Positions 1-7,574 of a stretch of DNA of 14,391 bases are shown piece by piece. The translations under genes and the position numbers were made by a program. The notes below the pieces were generated by a model. The model worked only from the letters and a program-made list of their open reading frames with translations. It did no database searches and was not told the DNA's origin. Numbering within the stretch: position 1 is the stretch's first letter; each line of letters starts with the position of its first letter. Location of the stretch: positions 64,001 to 78,391 of the IMG/VR virus record IMGVR_UViG_3300033994_001334; one strand, 5' to 3'. Source of the stretch: a virus (lineage: Duplodnaviria; Heunggongvirae; Uroviricota; Caudoviricetes).

Positions 1-219
1 ACTTAGTTTATTTTCTTTGTTTTCCTGTGAAGTTTCATCTAATTCATCCTCAATCCCCTTTACTTCCTTATCATATTCTTTAAATCTATTAGGGTTTGAC
101 ATCATTGCACTTTTAGGGAATAATCTCTTCTTACGAGTATTTGCAAGTGAGCGAGACCTTTCATCTAAATTACTATCGATGATTTTTTTTAGTTGTGATT
201 CTGTTACTATGAATTTCAT
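1..219 (-). CDS. Hypothetical protein with TESQL leader, 3' end runs off the window
   Basis: Not in ORF track. Manual translation from ATG at 219 gives MKFIVTESQLKKIIDSNLDERSRSLANTRKKRLFPK..., open to base 1. Start lies 1 nt after the upstream stop (221-223). Confidence 0.85.
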   Translation of the reverse strand, partial: MKFIVTESQLKKIIDSNLDERSRSLANTRKKRLFPKSAMMSNPNRFKEYDKEVKGIEDELDETSQENKENKLS

Positions 220-220
220 T

Positions 221-736
221 TTATTTATTTTCGTTAAAGTTATTCTGTATTTTAGATTTCATTGTTTTAAGTTTCTTAACCATATCGGTATTATCTTTGA
301 TGATGATTACTTTAGGTTCCGGTTCGGGAATTCTCATTTCAACAACGTCACCATTTGACCCATTTCCCTCATCAACTCTTTTCACGGTCATCTCATTGTT
401 TTTAATTATTGTTTGTTTATTTGAACGCTCAGCATCTTTAATCATACCGTTAACAATGTTCATTATTTCTTTTTGTTTCTCAATTAAATTATTGGTACAT
501 TCTTTCTGTCCGGTTAATACTTGGGTGTTAAGTTCATTAACTCTTTGATTTAATTCAACGATTTGTTGTTCTTGACTTTTAAGTCTTATTGTCAATTCAT
601 CACACGTACTTGTATTAGAATTAATCAATGAAGGACCGAGTGTTATTGTTACAATTGATATTACCAATATTAATAAAGCCAAAATTCTTTGACCCTGAGT
701 GAAACTCTTTAATATTTGTGAGATGTATTCGAACAT
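221..736 (-). CDS. Single-pass membrane protein with coiled coil (i-spanin-like topology), 171 aa
   Basis: Start moved from TTG 754 to ATG 736 because the TATTTATA motif lies at 740-747. N-terminal TM ILALLILVISIVTITLG, then a Q/E/N-rich heptad region with two Cys. Confidence 0.8.
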   Translation of the reverse strand: MFEYISQILKSFTQGQRILALLILVISIVTITLGPSLINSNTSTCDELTIRLKSQEQQIVELNQRVNELNTQVLTGQKECTNNLIEKQKEIMNIVNGMIKDAERSNKQTIIKNNEMTVKRVDEGNGSNGDVVEMRIPEPEPKVIIIKDNTDMVKKLKTMKSKIQNNFNENK

Positions 737-739
737 ACC

Positions 740-747
740 TATAAATA
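740..747 (-). promoter_or_regulatory. TATTTAT upstream motif (putative late promoter/initiator)
   Basis: Sense TATTTATA, 3 nt before ATG 736. Confidence 0.6.
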
Positions 748-857
748 TCACCAATGTTATTAATAGATAATGGAAAATTTTTTCTAAAAATGGTCGTTTA
801 GTGGAAAAAAATCTATGTTTTAATTAAATAAACAGGTTTTAGTGGAAAAAATTACAT

Positions 858-886
858 AAAAAAACCCATCCTTGTGAGATGGGTTT
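858..886 (-). terminator. Intrinsic terminator after 908..1894
   Basis: Minus strand AAACCCATC-TCACAAG-GATGGGTTT followed by a T-run. Confidence 0.8.
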
Positions 887-907
887 AATAATTTTAAATT
901 ATGTGTT

Positions 908-1894
908 TTACCATTTAAAATCACTTAATCCTTTAACTCTTGTGGCATGTCCTGCACCCCAAGAACTAATTTTTAATTGTTTGCCACCATCAATAAAATC
1001 TATCTGTAATGGGTTATTTTTACCACTATCTACTTCAGGTGATGAAACAACTACAGTAAGACGACCACCAAAAGCTTCAGATGGGTCAGAATTTTTAAAA
1101 TTAGGTTGCCAATCCCAATATTTAACAGAATATTTAGATAATATATATTTTTTACCATCAGCAAGTACTTTATATATACTTGATGAATATGTGTTATCAT
1201 TATCAGGTAATTGATATCCTATATATATGTTACTCATCCAAGGGTCATCTTCCGACTGAGCCCATATCATAACTTGTTGATTATCACTTCTACATTTATC
1301 TGTAAATTTCCAATATCCAATCCAAGGTGCGTCATTCCTAGCAACTGCCGAATCAGGTAATTCCATCTTAACGTTAGGTTTCAGGGTCATTTGTTTATAT
1401 TGTACTGTATCGTTTTTCACAGACTTAGGCTTAGGTATATATTTACCTAAACCATATACTATATTATCTAAATCAACAGTTTTACCTGCGGTGTTTAAAA
1501 AATCAACAGATTCACTATTTTGTTCAATTTTAGATGGGTCGACAGTTTTTTCTATTTTAGCTGGTTCAATATCATCTGAAGATACTTTACTACAAGAGGT
1601 AACCCCAACTGCAGATATTATACAAAGAGCATATGTTCTAAGTTTAGAGTTTAAATCTTCTGTCATTTCTTCTGAATATTCATCATTATCGCCAGATAAA
1701 TCAACTGAAAGTGTTTTATGGTCACCTTCGTCACTATCTCTATAATCAATTATTTTAACCTTAACGGTCCCTTCTTTTTCTGGGTCTAAATCTTTTAGAC
1801 TATTGAATATTACATCTGAAGTATTTTCAGATTCATTAATGGACATTAATCCTTTAATTCTTCTGATTTCACTTATTATTTTTCTGTTCATCAT
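908..1894 (-). CDS. Hypothetical protein: leader, acidic linker, internal hydrophobic segment ending TSC, Trp/Tyr-rich C-terminal domain
   Basis: 328-aa ORF with upstream motif at 1898-1905 and downstream terminator. Leader ISEIRRIKGLMSINE; internal YALCIISAVGVTSC. Confidence 0.88.
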   Translation of the reverse strand: MMNRKIISEIRRIKGLMSINESENTSDVIFNSLKDLDPEKEGTVKVKIIDYRDSDEGDHKTLSVDLSGDNDEYSEEMTEDLNSKLRTYALCIISAVGVTSCSKVSSDDIEPAKIEKTVDPSKIEQNSESVDFLNTAGKTVDLDNIVYGLGKYIPKPKSVKNDTVQYKQMTLKPNVKMELPDSAVARNDAPWIGYWKFTDKCRSDNQQVMIWAQSEDDPWMSNIYIGYQLPDNDNTYSSSIYKVLADGKKYILSKYSVKYWDWQPNFKNSDPSEAFGGRLTVVVSSPEVDSGKNNPLQIDFIDGGKQLKISSWGAGHATRVKGLSDFKW

Positions 1895-1897
1895 CTA

Positions 1898-1905
1898 TAT
1901 AAATA
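1898..1905 (-). promoter_or_regulatory. TATTTAT upstream motif
   Basis: Sense TATTTATA, 3 nt before ATG 1894. Confidence 0.6.
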
Positions 1906-1969
1906 TAAAAACATTTAACTTATTTTATTTTAATTTTTGATATTATTAATCCGATTAATTTACGGAAAC

Positions 1970-2000
1970 AAAAAACCCCATCCTTGTGAGATGGGGTTTT
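1970..2000 (-). terminator. Intrinsic terminator after 2017..2937
   Basis: Same 19-bp core as 865-883 (1977-1995) with one extra stem pair and a T-run. Confidence 0.8.
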
Positions 2001-2016
2001 AATATTATTTTAAATA

Positions 2017-2937
2017 TTACTTTGATGAACGATTATAACCAAGGAAACCGTCGCAAATTGGATTTTCACCCATTTGTGAATTACGTAAATTTAAATTATT
2101 AACATAAGACTTACAAAAATTATTTACTTTAGACTTACTATCAACAATCATTTTACTAGCTACTCCACCACTTTTCTTATCTAGTAATGCTTTCCATGGG
2201 GTACCCAAATTCTTTCCATTTGTTTTTACATACCATAGTTTTAAAAATTCATTTTGTGTTGGTAAGTCAAAACTAGTCCACATGTTAGCTGCATTTTCAA
2301 TAAAATTGACATCACCCCCAGGAGCAGTTGAACCAATAATTCCGTTATATAATGAGTCAACGGCGGTTTTAGCATTTGAACTACTACCTTTAGGCCAACT
2401 TTTACTTCCCGCTTTGTTTAACCAAACATCTTTTCCATCTGGTGTTTTATAACCTTCACCTCCAACAACAGATGATGTTGGTGAATAAATCGTGTTTTTA
2501 TCAATCCAATAAGTAGGAGCGGTTTGCGTTCCTTTTGAAGGTAACATTTGCTCAACTAATGGTTTTAAATTTTTGTTATGTTGATTGTATATTTTTCTTA
2601 ATAATAACTGTCCTTCGTTTAAACTAATTTCATTTTCTCTAATTGATAGGTTATCCAAATCACTCATTGTTCCTTCAAAACCTGGCATGTCTTCAATACC
2701 ATTTTCGTCTTCTTCATAATTTGAATCTCCATTATTTTGTTCAATATCTGAACATACTTCCTTAACTAAATCCCAATCTTGCATTTCCATTGCGTTGTTA
2801 AGTTTATCAGATATGTAATTTAAAAAATCTGGATTGTTTTTAAAATCTGATGATTCCGGTTCATCCATCATTTCATTAAGTGCTTTATGTTTAGCAATCA
2901 TTTTCAATTGCGATTCTGTTATTTTAATTTTAGCCAT
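2017..2937 (-). CDS. Hypothetical protein with TESQL leader (putative virion-internal protein)
   Basis: 306-aa ORF. MAKIKITESQLK...ALNE leader, acidic region, then second LNE/LVE motifs before a distinct C-terminal domain. Confidence 0.88.
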   Translation of the reverse strand: MAKIKITESQLKMIAKHKALNEMMDEPESSDFKNNPDFLNYISDKLNNAMEMQDWDLVKEVCSDIEQNNGDSNYEEDENGIEDMPGFEGTMSDLDNLSIRENEISLNEGQLLLRKIYNQHNKNLKPLVEQMLPSKGTQTAPTYWIDKNTIYSPTSSVVGGEGYKTPDGKDVWLNKAGSKSWPKGSSSNAKTAVDSLYNGIIGSTAPGGDVNFIENAANMWTSFDLPTQNEFLKLWYVKTNGKNLGTPWKALLDKKSGGVASKMIVDSKSKVNNFCKSYVNNLNLRNSQMGENPICDGFLGYNRSSK

Positions 2938-2952
2938 TGTTTGTGTTTTTTA

Positions 2953-2960
2953 TATAAATA
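2953..2960 (-). promoter_or_regulatory. TATTTAT upstream motif
   Basis: Sense TATTTATA, 15 nt before ATG 2937. Confidence 0.6.
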
Positions 2961-2974
2961 TCTGATTATTTCAA

Positions 2975-3223
2975 TTAATATCGTCCTGACAAATAAACAT
3001 ACATAACCTCGGGGATTTTTGTACAAATTTGTTTGTTACCTTCGGAATCCGTACAATCAATATAGGGTAAACCTTGGATATAACTTCTTATTTCTTTTGG
3101 TGTAATAAAAAATCCTTTTTGGTTTTTCATATTTAATTTTTTAACCAAAAATTCCCTATTATACAATTTTTCAGAATCGTAATTTTCAGTTATTAAGGAA
3201 TTAAATGTAGATAATAATTTCAT
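2975..3223 (-). CDS. Small hypothetical protein
   Basis: 82 aa. N-terminus MKLLSTFNSLITE resembles T4 capsid-targeting sequences; motif at 3229-3236. Confidence 0.8.
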   Translation of the reverse strand: MKLLSTFNSLITENYDSEKLYNREFLVKKLNMKNQKGFFITPKEIRSYIQGLPYIDCTDSEGNKQICTKIPEVMYVYLSGRY

Positions 3224-3225
3224 TA

Positions 3226-3309
3226 TTATATAAATAGTCGTTTTATTGAATAAACTATCATCAATGTGATAAATATGGTAGCATATAATAAATTACCAAT
3301 TGTTTTCAC
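3226..3309 (-). CDS. Possible 27-aa hydrophobic micro-ORF
   Basis: GTG start 2 nt after the stop at 3312 gives MKTIGNLLYATIFITLMIVYSIKRLFI. Fills the gap exactly but is very short. Confidence 0.25.
   Translation of the reverse strand: MKTIGNLLYATIFITLMIVYSIKRLFI
3229..3236 (-). promoter_or_regulatory. TATTTAT upstream motif
   Basis: Sense TATTTATA, 5 nt before ATG 3223. Confidence 0.6.
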
Positions 3310-3311
3310 AA

Positions 3312-3485
3312 TTATTCTACTTCACTAGTTGTTTGGAGATAATAACGTACACCCATGTAGGTGATATATTGGCTTGTTGGCATTTGTGTTGTCCAAACTT
3401 CCGTGATACCCTTACCTTTTTTTTCCAAAGGTCTCATCGTTATTTTTTTAGGTGTGATTTTAATAGTTCTTAATTCTTTTGTCAT
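3312..3485 (-). CDS. Small basic hypothetical protein, 57 aa
   Basis: Below the ORF-track cutoff. Manual translation MTKELRTIKITPKKITMRPLEKKGKGITEVWTTQMPTSQYITYMGVRYYLQTTSEVE; fills the gap on the same strand as its neighbours. Confidence 0.55.
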   Translation of the reverse strand: MTKELRTIKITPKKITMRPLEKKGKGITEVWTTQMPTSQYITYMGVRYYLQTTSEVE

Positions 3486-3572
3486 GATATGTCCCTTTTA
3501 AAATATGGGGTCGTTAAAATATAAGGATTATTAATATGATTGTAAAGGAATGCCGATTCCGGCGCCCAACCA

Positions 3573-3770
3573 TCACTTTTTTCGATACCGGCTCCAGAGG
3601 TTAGGTTTCATTTTTTTAAAAAATCTTTTTTTCTTTTTTGTTACCTTATTAACCGTGGTTTTATTATCAGTCTGATACTTTGCGGATATATTATCAATCT
3701 TAATCATATCCTCTTTCTCACAAGAGACAAATAGGAATGACACCATCAATACAAAAACAAAACGAATCAT
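3573..3770 (-). CDS. Small putative lipoprotein with Lys/Arg-rich tail
   Basis: MIRFVFVLMVSFLFVSC is a signal peptide II with lipobox Cys17. Start abuts the upstream stop at 3771-3773. Confidence 0.75.
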   Translation of the reverse strand: MIRFVFVLMVSFLFVSCEKEDMIKIDNISAKYQTDNKTTVNKVTKKKKRFFKKMKPNLWSRYRKK

Positions 3771-4388
3771 TTATTTATTATTATGAACCGAAAGATATCC
3801 AGCCAATCTTTCACCCTTCTCCCTGAAGTAATCAATTTTAGTGTCATTCATGTGGGTCGATTCTAAAAAGTCAATACCGATTGTCCCCATAAGTTTACCC
3901 GTACCAAAATCAAAAAGACCAAGAATATAACTTGCTCTTGCTCCGGTCGCTTCAGCTGCGGGTTTTAATCCATATGTTGCAACCTCGGGATTATGATAAT
4001 CACAAATACCAATGAATCTACTCCTTAAAACCTCAACAAACAATCTCGAGTATAAGGATATTGGCATATTTGTAAAAATGGTCGATACGGAAGAAACACC
4101 GGGGGAATTTACCTCATAAACAACGGAGAATTTTTGCATCGATTTATTTGAATGTAAGAAGTGTCCTCCGTTATGTATTTGAGTAACCCATACTCTATCA
4201 CATTCTAAGTGATTTAAGACTTCCTCTAATTCCAAATTTATTTTTTCAATTTGGTTGAGTTCAACCTTTAAAGTGTCTACTGGTTTTGTGAATTTTCTCT
4301 TCACCCACATAATTGCAATTGGCCCAAAAAAAGCGGTAATTAAGGCTACTAAGACACTTCCGAAAATCTCTAACATGTGATTAAGCAT
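3771..4388 (-). CDS. Putative holin-like protein (N-terminal TM, coiled coil, GAF-like domain; T4 T-type architecture)
   Basis: TM GSVLVALITAFFGPIAIMW, helical linker, then DRVWVTQIHNGG...KFSVVYE...MGTIGIDF, a GAF-like pattern recalled from phage holin-like proteins. Start may be 4376. Confidence 0.55.
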   Translation of the reverse strand: MLNHMLEIFGSVLVALITAFFGPIAIMWVKRKFTKPVDTLKVELNQIEKINLELEEVLNHLECDRVWVTQIHNGGHFLHSNKSMQKFSVVYEVNSPGVSSVSTIFTNMPISLYSRLFVEVLRSRFIGICDYHNPEVATYGLKPAAEATGARASYILGLFDFGTGKLMGTIGIDFLESTHMNDTKIDYFREKGERLAGYLSVHNNK

Positions 4389-4394
4389 TTTTAA

Positions 4395-4994
4395 TTAAAA
4401 TCTATTACCGCAGTAATCTCTCTTATCCATGAATAAACCTTCAACTAACCATATTAAGTTTAACAAAAGGAAGAATCCAACAATTACGGTTAAACACATC
4501 AATGGGAATGAAGCCATAACAATTGCAACTACCCCTTGTTCATTAACTTGTGCAACTTGACCGTTATTTGTTGGTTGTGTTGTTTTACCGGTATTTTGGT
4601 CAGTTTTAACACCAATCATTTGGAATATCTTTTGTGCAGCTGTTTTTGGTTGTGTTATAAGACCTTTAATTGTTTTAATTGAGTTCTTAACCATATCCTT
4701 ATTGGAGTTCTTTACAAATGTTATCATTTTTGATACGATTTCTCTAGTTTGGTCTTCAGGAACTTTTAAAGAAACTAATTTATTTGTAAGATTATTGGCT
4801 AATGAACTTACTTTAACGTTCTGAGAACAAAATTGGTCTTTATTAACCATCTTTTTTTGGTCTAAAACATCCAATGTATCACTAAAAACTTGTATGTTAT
4901 TATCAGGTTCATTCATTGGTAAATCGTCAGTCTCGTTTAATATTTTAGTAACTACTTTTTTTAAATCGGACTCGGTTAATCGTATTATTTTCAT
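4395..4994 (-). CDS. Leader-bearing protein with C-terminal membrane segment
   Basis: MKIIRLTESDLKKVVTKILNE leader; second VNE motif followed by GVVAIVMASFPLMCLTVIVGFFLLLNLIWLV. Confidence 0.85.
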   Translation of the reverse strand: MKIIRLTESDLKKVVTKILNETDDLPMNEPDNNIQVFSDTLDVLDQKKMVNKDQFCSQNVKVSSLANNLTNKLVSLKVPEDQTREIVSKMITFVKNSNKDMVKNSIKTIKGLITQPKTAAQKIFQMIGVKTDQNTGKTTQPTNNGQVAQVNEQGVVAIVMASFPLMCLTVIVGFFLLLNLIWLVEGLFMDKRDYCGNRF

Positions 4995-5012
4995 GTGTGT
5001 ATATGTTTACAT

Positions 5013-5020
5013 TATAAATA
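5013..5020 (-). promoter_or_regulatory. TATTTAT upstream motif
   Basis: Sense TATTTATA, 18 nt before ATG 4994. Confidence 0.6.
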
Positions 5021-5032
5021 TAAAGAAATAAT

Positions 5033-5061
5033 AAAAAAAAACCCACCTTTTTGGGGTGGGT
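5033..5061 (-). terminator. Intrinsic terminator after 5084..5413
   Basis: ACCCACC/GGTGGGT stem plus a T-run on the minus strand. Confidence 0.75.
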
Positions 5062-5083
5062 GATTAATATTTTTTATTTTATT

Positions 5084-5413
5084 TTAATCGGTATAAATGG
5101 AATATGTTACCATACCACCTTTAATTGTCACCTCAAGTTGTCCGAACCCTTTTAAATCAGAGAACATTAACTTGTCGTTATCACTTCCGGTTATTTTATC
5201 ATTACCCGATACCATCATGTTTTTGGTACACATATTACCGTTAATTTTAATTGACTTACCGCAATTTAGAACTTTTAATTTTTGTCCTTTATATTTGGTA
5301 TAGATATTACCGACATTTTTACCTGTTGATAATGTTTGTCCACCTTTACCTGACGGCATTGACTCCTCAATAATTTTTTTTAGTTGGGATTCTGTTATAA
5401 TAATTTTTCTCAT
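5084..5413 (-). CDS. Small protein with TESQL leader
   Basis: 109 aa, MRKIIITESQLKKIIEE. Upstream motif at 5433-5440; terminator downstream. Confidence 0.85.
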   Translation of the reverse strand: MRKIIITESQLKKIIEESMPSGKGGQTLSTGKNVGNIYTKYKGQKLKVLNCGKSIKINGNMCTKNMMVSGNDKITGSDNDKLMFSDLKGFGQLEVTIKGGMVTYSIYTD

Positions 5414-5432
5414 GTTAAATTCGTTGTTTAAA

Positions 5433-5440
5433 TATAAATA
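5433..5440 (-). promoter_or_regulatory. TATTTAT upstream motif
   Basis: Sense TATTTATA, 19 nt before ATG 5413. Confidence 0.6.
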
Positions 5441-5469
5441 TCAAGGAAATTAAATTGTTTCTTTATTTT

Positions 5470-6060
5470 TTAATTATTATAATCAGGTTCATCATTCGGT
5501 TCATAATCGGGTTCATTGTCCGCTTGACTCTCACGTTCCTCGTCTTGGATTGATTCATCCATTGTTTTCACAATAAAATCAGATGACATTTCACCATTAC
5601 TTAATTTAATATCCATAATACCCGTGAAATCATTTCCTTTATAAATTACCCCACTACTGGTCTCATCATTAAGATTGGTAACACTTTTTACTAATTCAAC
5701 ACTTGTTATGTCAAGGTCATACTCAGCGTTTTCACCCTCAGCAGGATAACTATCGTCATTACTTGTACCATACCTTGCTGGTGTGTATGATGAACGTTGA
5801 GTATAGGTTATATCAAAATTATAATTAAGGATATATTGGGTATCACCTACCGGTTCACCTCCAATTGCAAACCAACCATCACTTGAACTTACATTAAAAG
5901 TATCAATCTCAGGATTCTGAATGAAGTTGTTTATTATCTTGGTTGATTCTCGTCTAACATCCAAAGGAATCTCAGATTCAACAGGTTTATCAAAAGAACC
6001 CTCATTGATGGTCTTCATCATTTGTTTAATACGTTCTATGTCGTTACCTAAATTTTTCAT
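5470..6060 (-). CDS. Acidic hypothetical protein with IxRIK leader
   Basis: 196 aa, DIERIKQMMKTINE leader, acidic C-terminal EPDY repeats. Confidence 0.85.
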   Translation of the reverse strand: MKNLGNDIERIKQMMKTINEGSFDKPVESEIPLDVRRESTKIINNFIQNPEIDTFNVSSSDGWFAIGGEPVGDTQYILNYNFDITYTQRSSYTPARYGTSNDDSYPAEGENAEYDLDITSVELVKSVTNLNDETSSGVIYKGNDFTGIMDIKLSNGEMSSDFIVKTMDESIQDEERESQADNEPDYEPNDEPDYNN

Positions 6061-6073
6061 ATAGTAATTTTAT

Positions 6074-6081
6074 AATAAATA
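6074..6081 (-). promoter_or_regulatory. TATTTAT upstream motif
   Basis: Sense TATTTATT, 13 nt before ATG 6060. Confidence 0.55.
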
Positions 6082-6135
6082 CCAAATTAATCAAAAAAGG
6101 GTCTCCAAGTCTGATGTTAATTAATTCAGATTATC

Positions 6136-7137
6136 TTATTTCATAACTTGTTCAAGACTCTTAATTAAAATATCAGTACTATCTTTAACGTACTCTAAAT
6201 TATTCCAAACACCAGTTTCATTTTTTGGAAGTCTTTTTTGAATATCATTTATTTCACCAACTACTCTATATGCTTCTTCCATAAAATACTTCAAATTAAA
6301 GTTCGCGTTTTTTGAAATGGTTTGGGACATATTTTTTAAATTTGTTAATGCAATATCAAGACCATTATATTCTATTTTAGTGCTATTACCTACTGTACCA
6401 TATTTTTTTATAGTTTTTAAACTACTTAAAATATTTCCTTTACGGCCATTAATTGTGTTAAAAAAGAAATCATTTACCTTAATGTTTGGTGTTTTTTGTA
6501 AAAAAAGTTTAACATTTTGAGGTATTAACGATGTAGACCCACCTGTAACGGGAATAAGATTTTTTGAACCCCCACTTTGAGCAAAAGAAGGTTTGGGTTT
6601 AAATGAAGATTTAACCTTATTAATTTCAGATAAAATTAAATCCTTTTTTTGTGCAATTCTTTTCGCTACCGCCATTTCATTAGGTAATAACTTTGCACCT
6701 GTAGATATTTTTTTACCTAATTCTCCTAAAGCTTTAGCTCCCCATTTAGATAATCCTAATTTACTTGCCAACCCACCTACACCAGGTATAACTGAAAATA
6801 CACCAACTAATCCTGCGGTTTTTTTATCCCCTTCATTATAATACATTGCAGCATCTGCTAACCCAATACCCATAGAAATAAAAGGTCCAACAAAAGGAAT
6901 AAATGCAGTACCGATTTGTAATATCGTCATGGCTGTGTGTTTATCCATATTACCCATGGTAACATCCATTGCTTTATTAGTAACCCTGTTTACCGTATTA
7001 TAATCCTCTTGACTTCTATTTCCAAGACTACGAGAAATTGCATTTGATTGAGCATCCATTGCATAATCACTTTTTTGTTCGTATAAACCTCTAATGTGTT
7101 TTCTATCTTGTTCTGTTATAACAAATTTTCGACTCAT
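6136..7137 (-). CDS. Leader-bearing protein with pre-toxin-like hydrophobic hairpin, 333 aa
   Basis: Start moved to ATG 7137 (MSRKFVITEQD) since the motif is at 7150-7157. Contains AFIPFVG...GLADAAMYYNEGD...AGLVGVFSVIPGVGG. Confidence 0.8.
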   Translation of the reverse strand: MSRKFVITEQDRKHIRGLYEQKSDYAMDAQSNAISRSLGNRSQEDYNTVNRVTNKAMDVTMGNMDKHTAMTILQIGTAFIPFVGPFISMGIGLADAAMYYNEGDKKTAGLVGVFSVIPGVGGLASKLGLSKWGAKALGELGKKISTGAKLLPNEMAVAKRIAQKKDLILSEINKVKSSFKPKPSFAQSGGSKNLIPVTGGSTSLIPQNVKLFLQKTPNIKVNDFFFNTINGRKGNILSSLKTIKKYGTVGNSTKIEYNGLDIALTNLKNMSQTISKNANFNLKYFMEEAYRVVGEINDIQKRLPKNETGVWNNLEYVKDSTDILIKSLEQVMK

Positions 7138-7149
7138 AAATTTTTTATT

Positions 7150-7157
7150 AATAAATA
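7150..7157 (-). promoter_or_regulatory. TATTTAT upstream motif
   Basis: Sense TATTTATT, 12 nt before ATG 7137. Confidence 0.55.
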
Positions 7158-7169
7158 TCCACAAATGTT

Positions 7170-7574
7170 TTATATTCCATACCACTCCAAGATTTCTTCA
7201 CCCGATTTAATATCCCGAAGTGTTTTACCAAAACCATCCACGTTTTGATTTTCTTTATATGGATATGAGGAGTTACAAAAGGATGATGAATGAACAAGAT
7301 AATTTAACCCATTAAAGAGTCTTATTATTTTATAATCGGGGTCATCGTCAATGAAATTCATATTAATCATTTTCAATACCGGTGCGGGAAGTTCATTTAA
7401 TCTATTTTTCGGTATTCTATAAATTCCAGTACCATTTGACCATTTTGTGAATATGTAAGTATTTTTGGGAATATCAACAATTGCAAATACACCAATACCA
7501 TGAACCTCTGATAAACGAAGTTCGGTTAGGATATTATGTTTTAAATGGTAAATTACCTCATCCGTTATATCCAT
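7170..7574 (-). CDS. SET-domain protein (putative protein lysine methyltransferase)
   Basis: SEVHGIGVFA (motif I), YLVHSS..CN (variant of the NHS motif), RDIKSGEEILEWY (terminal GEE..Y motif). Confidence 0.8.
   Translation of the reverse strand: MDITDEVIYHLKHNILTELRLSEVHGIGVFAIVDIPKNTYIFTKWSNGTGIYRIPKNRLNELPAPVLKMINMNFIDDDPDYKIIRLFNGLNYLVHSSSFCNSSYPYKENQNVDGFGKTLRDIKSGEEILEWYGI

Noticed and set aside
17-1745. Plus-strand ORFs 17-358, 297-548, 879-1214, 1491-1745
   Set aside because: Antisense shadows of minus-strand genes that have leaders, upstream motifs and terminators.
3551-3572. tRNA-like 3' end (GCCGATTCCGGCGCCCAACCA)
   Set aside because: Ends in ACCA and has a GCCG/CGGC stem, but lacks a TTC T-loop, a 5' half and a pairing acceptor stem. 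More likely a small hairpin after the lipoprotein stop.
5470-6060. Immunity protein for the pre-toxin-like gene
   Set aside because: Acidic and downstream, but it has its own upstream motif and a cargo-type leader, and is not translationally coupled.
6093-6135. Terminator after gene 6136-7137
   Set aside because: Only a 5-bp TCTGA/TCAGA stem with a long loop, not adjacent to the T-run; too weak to call.
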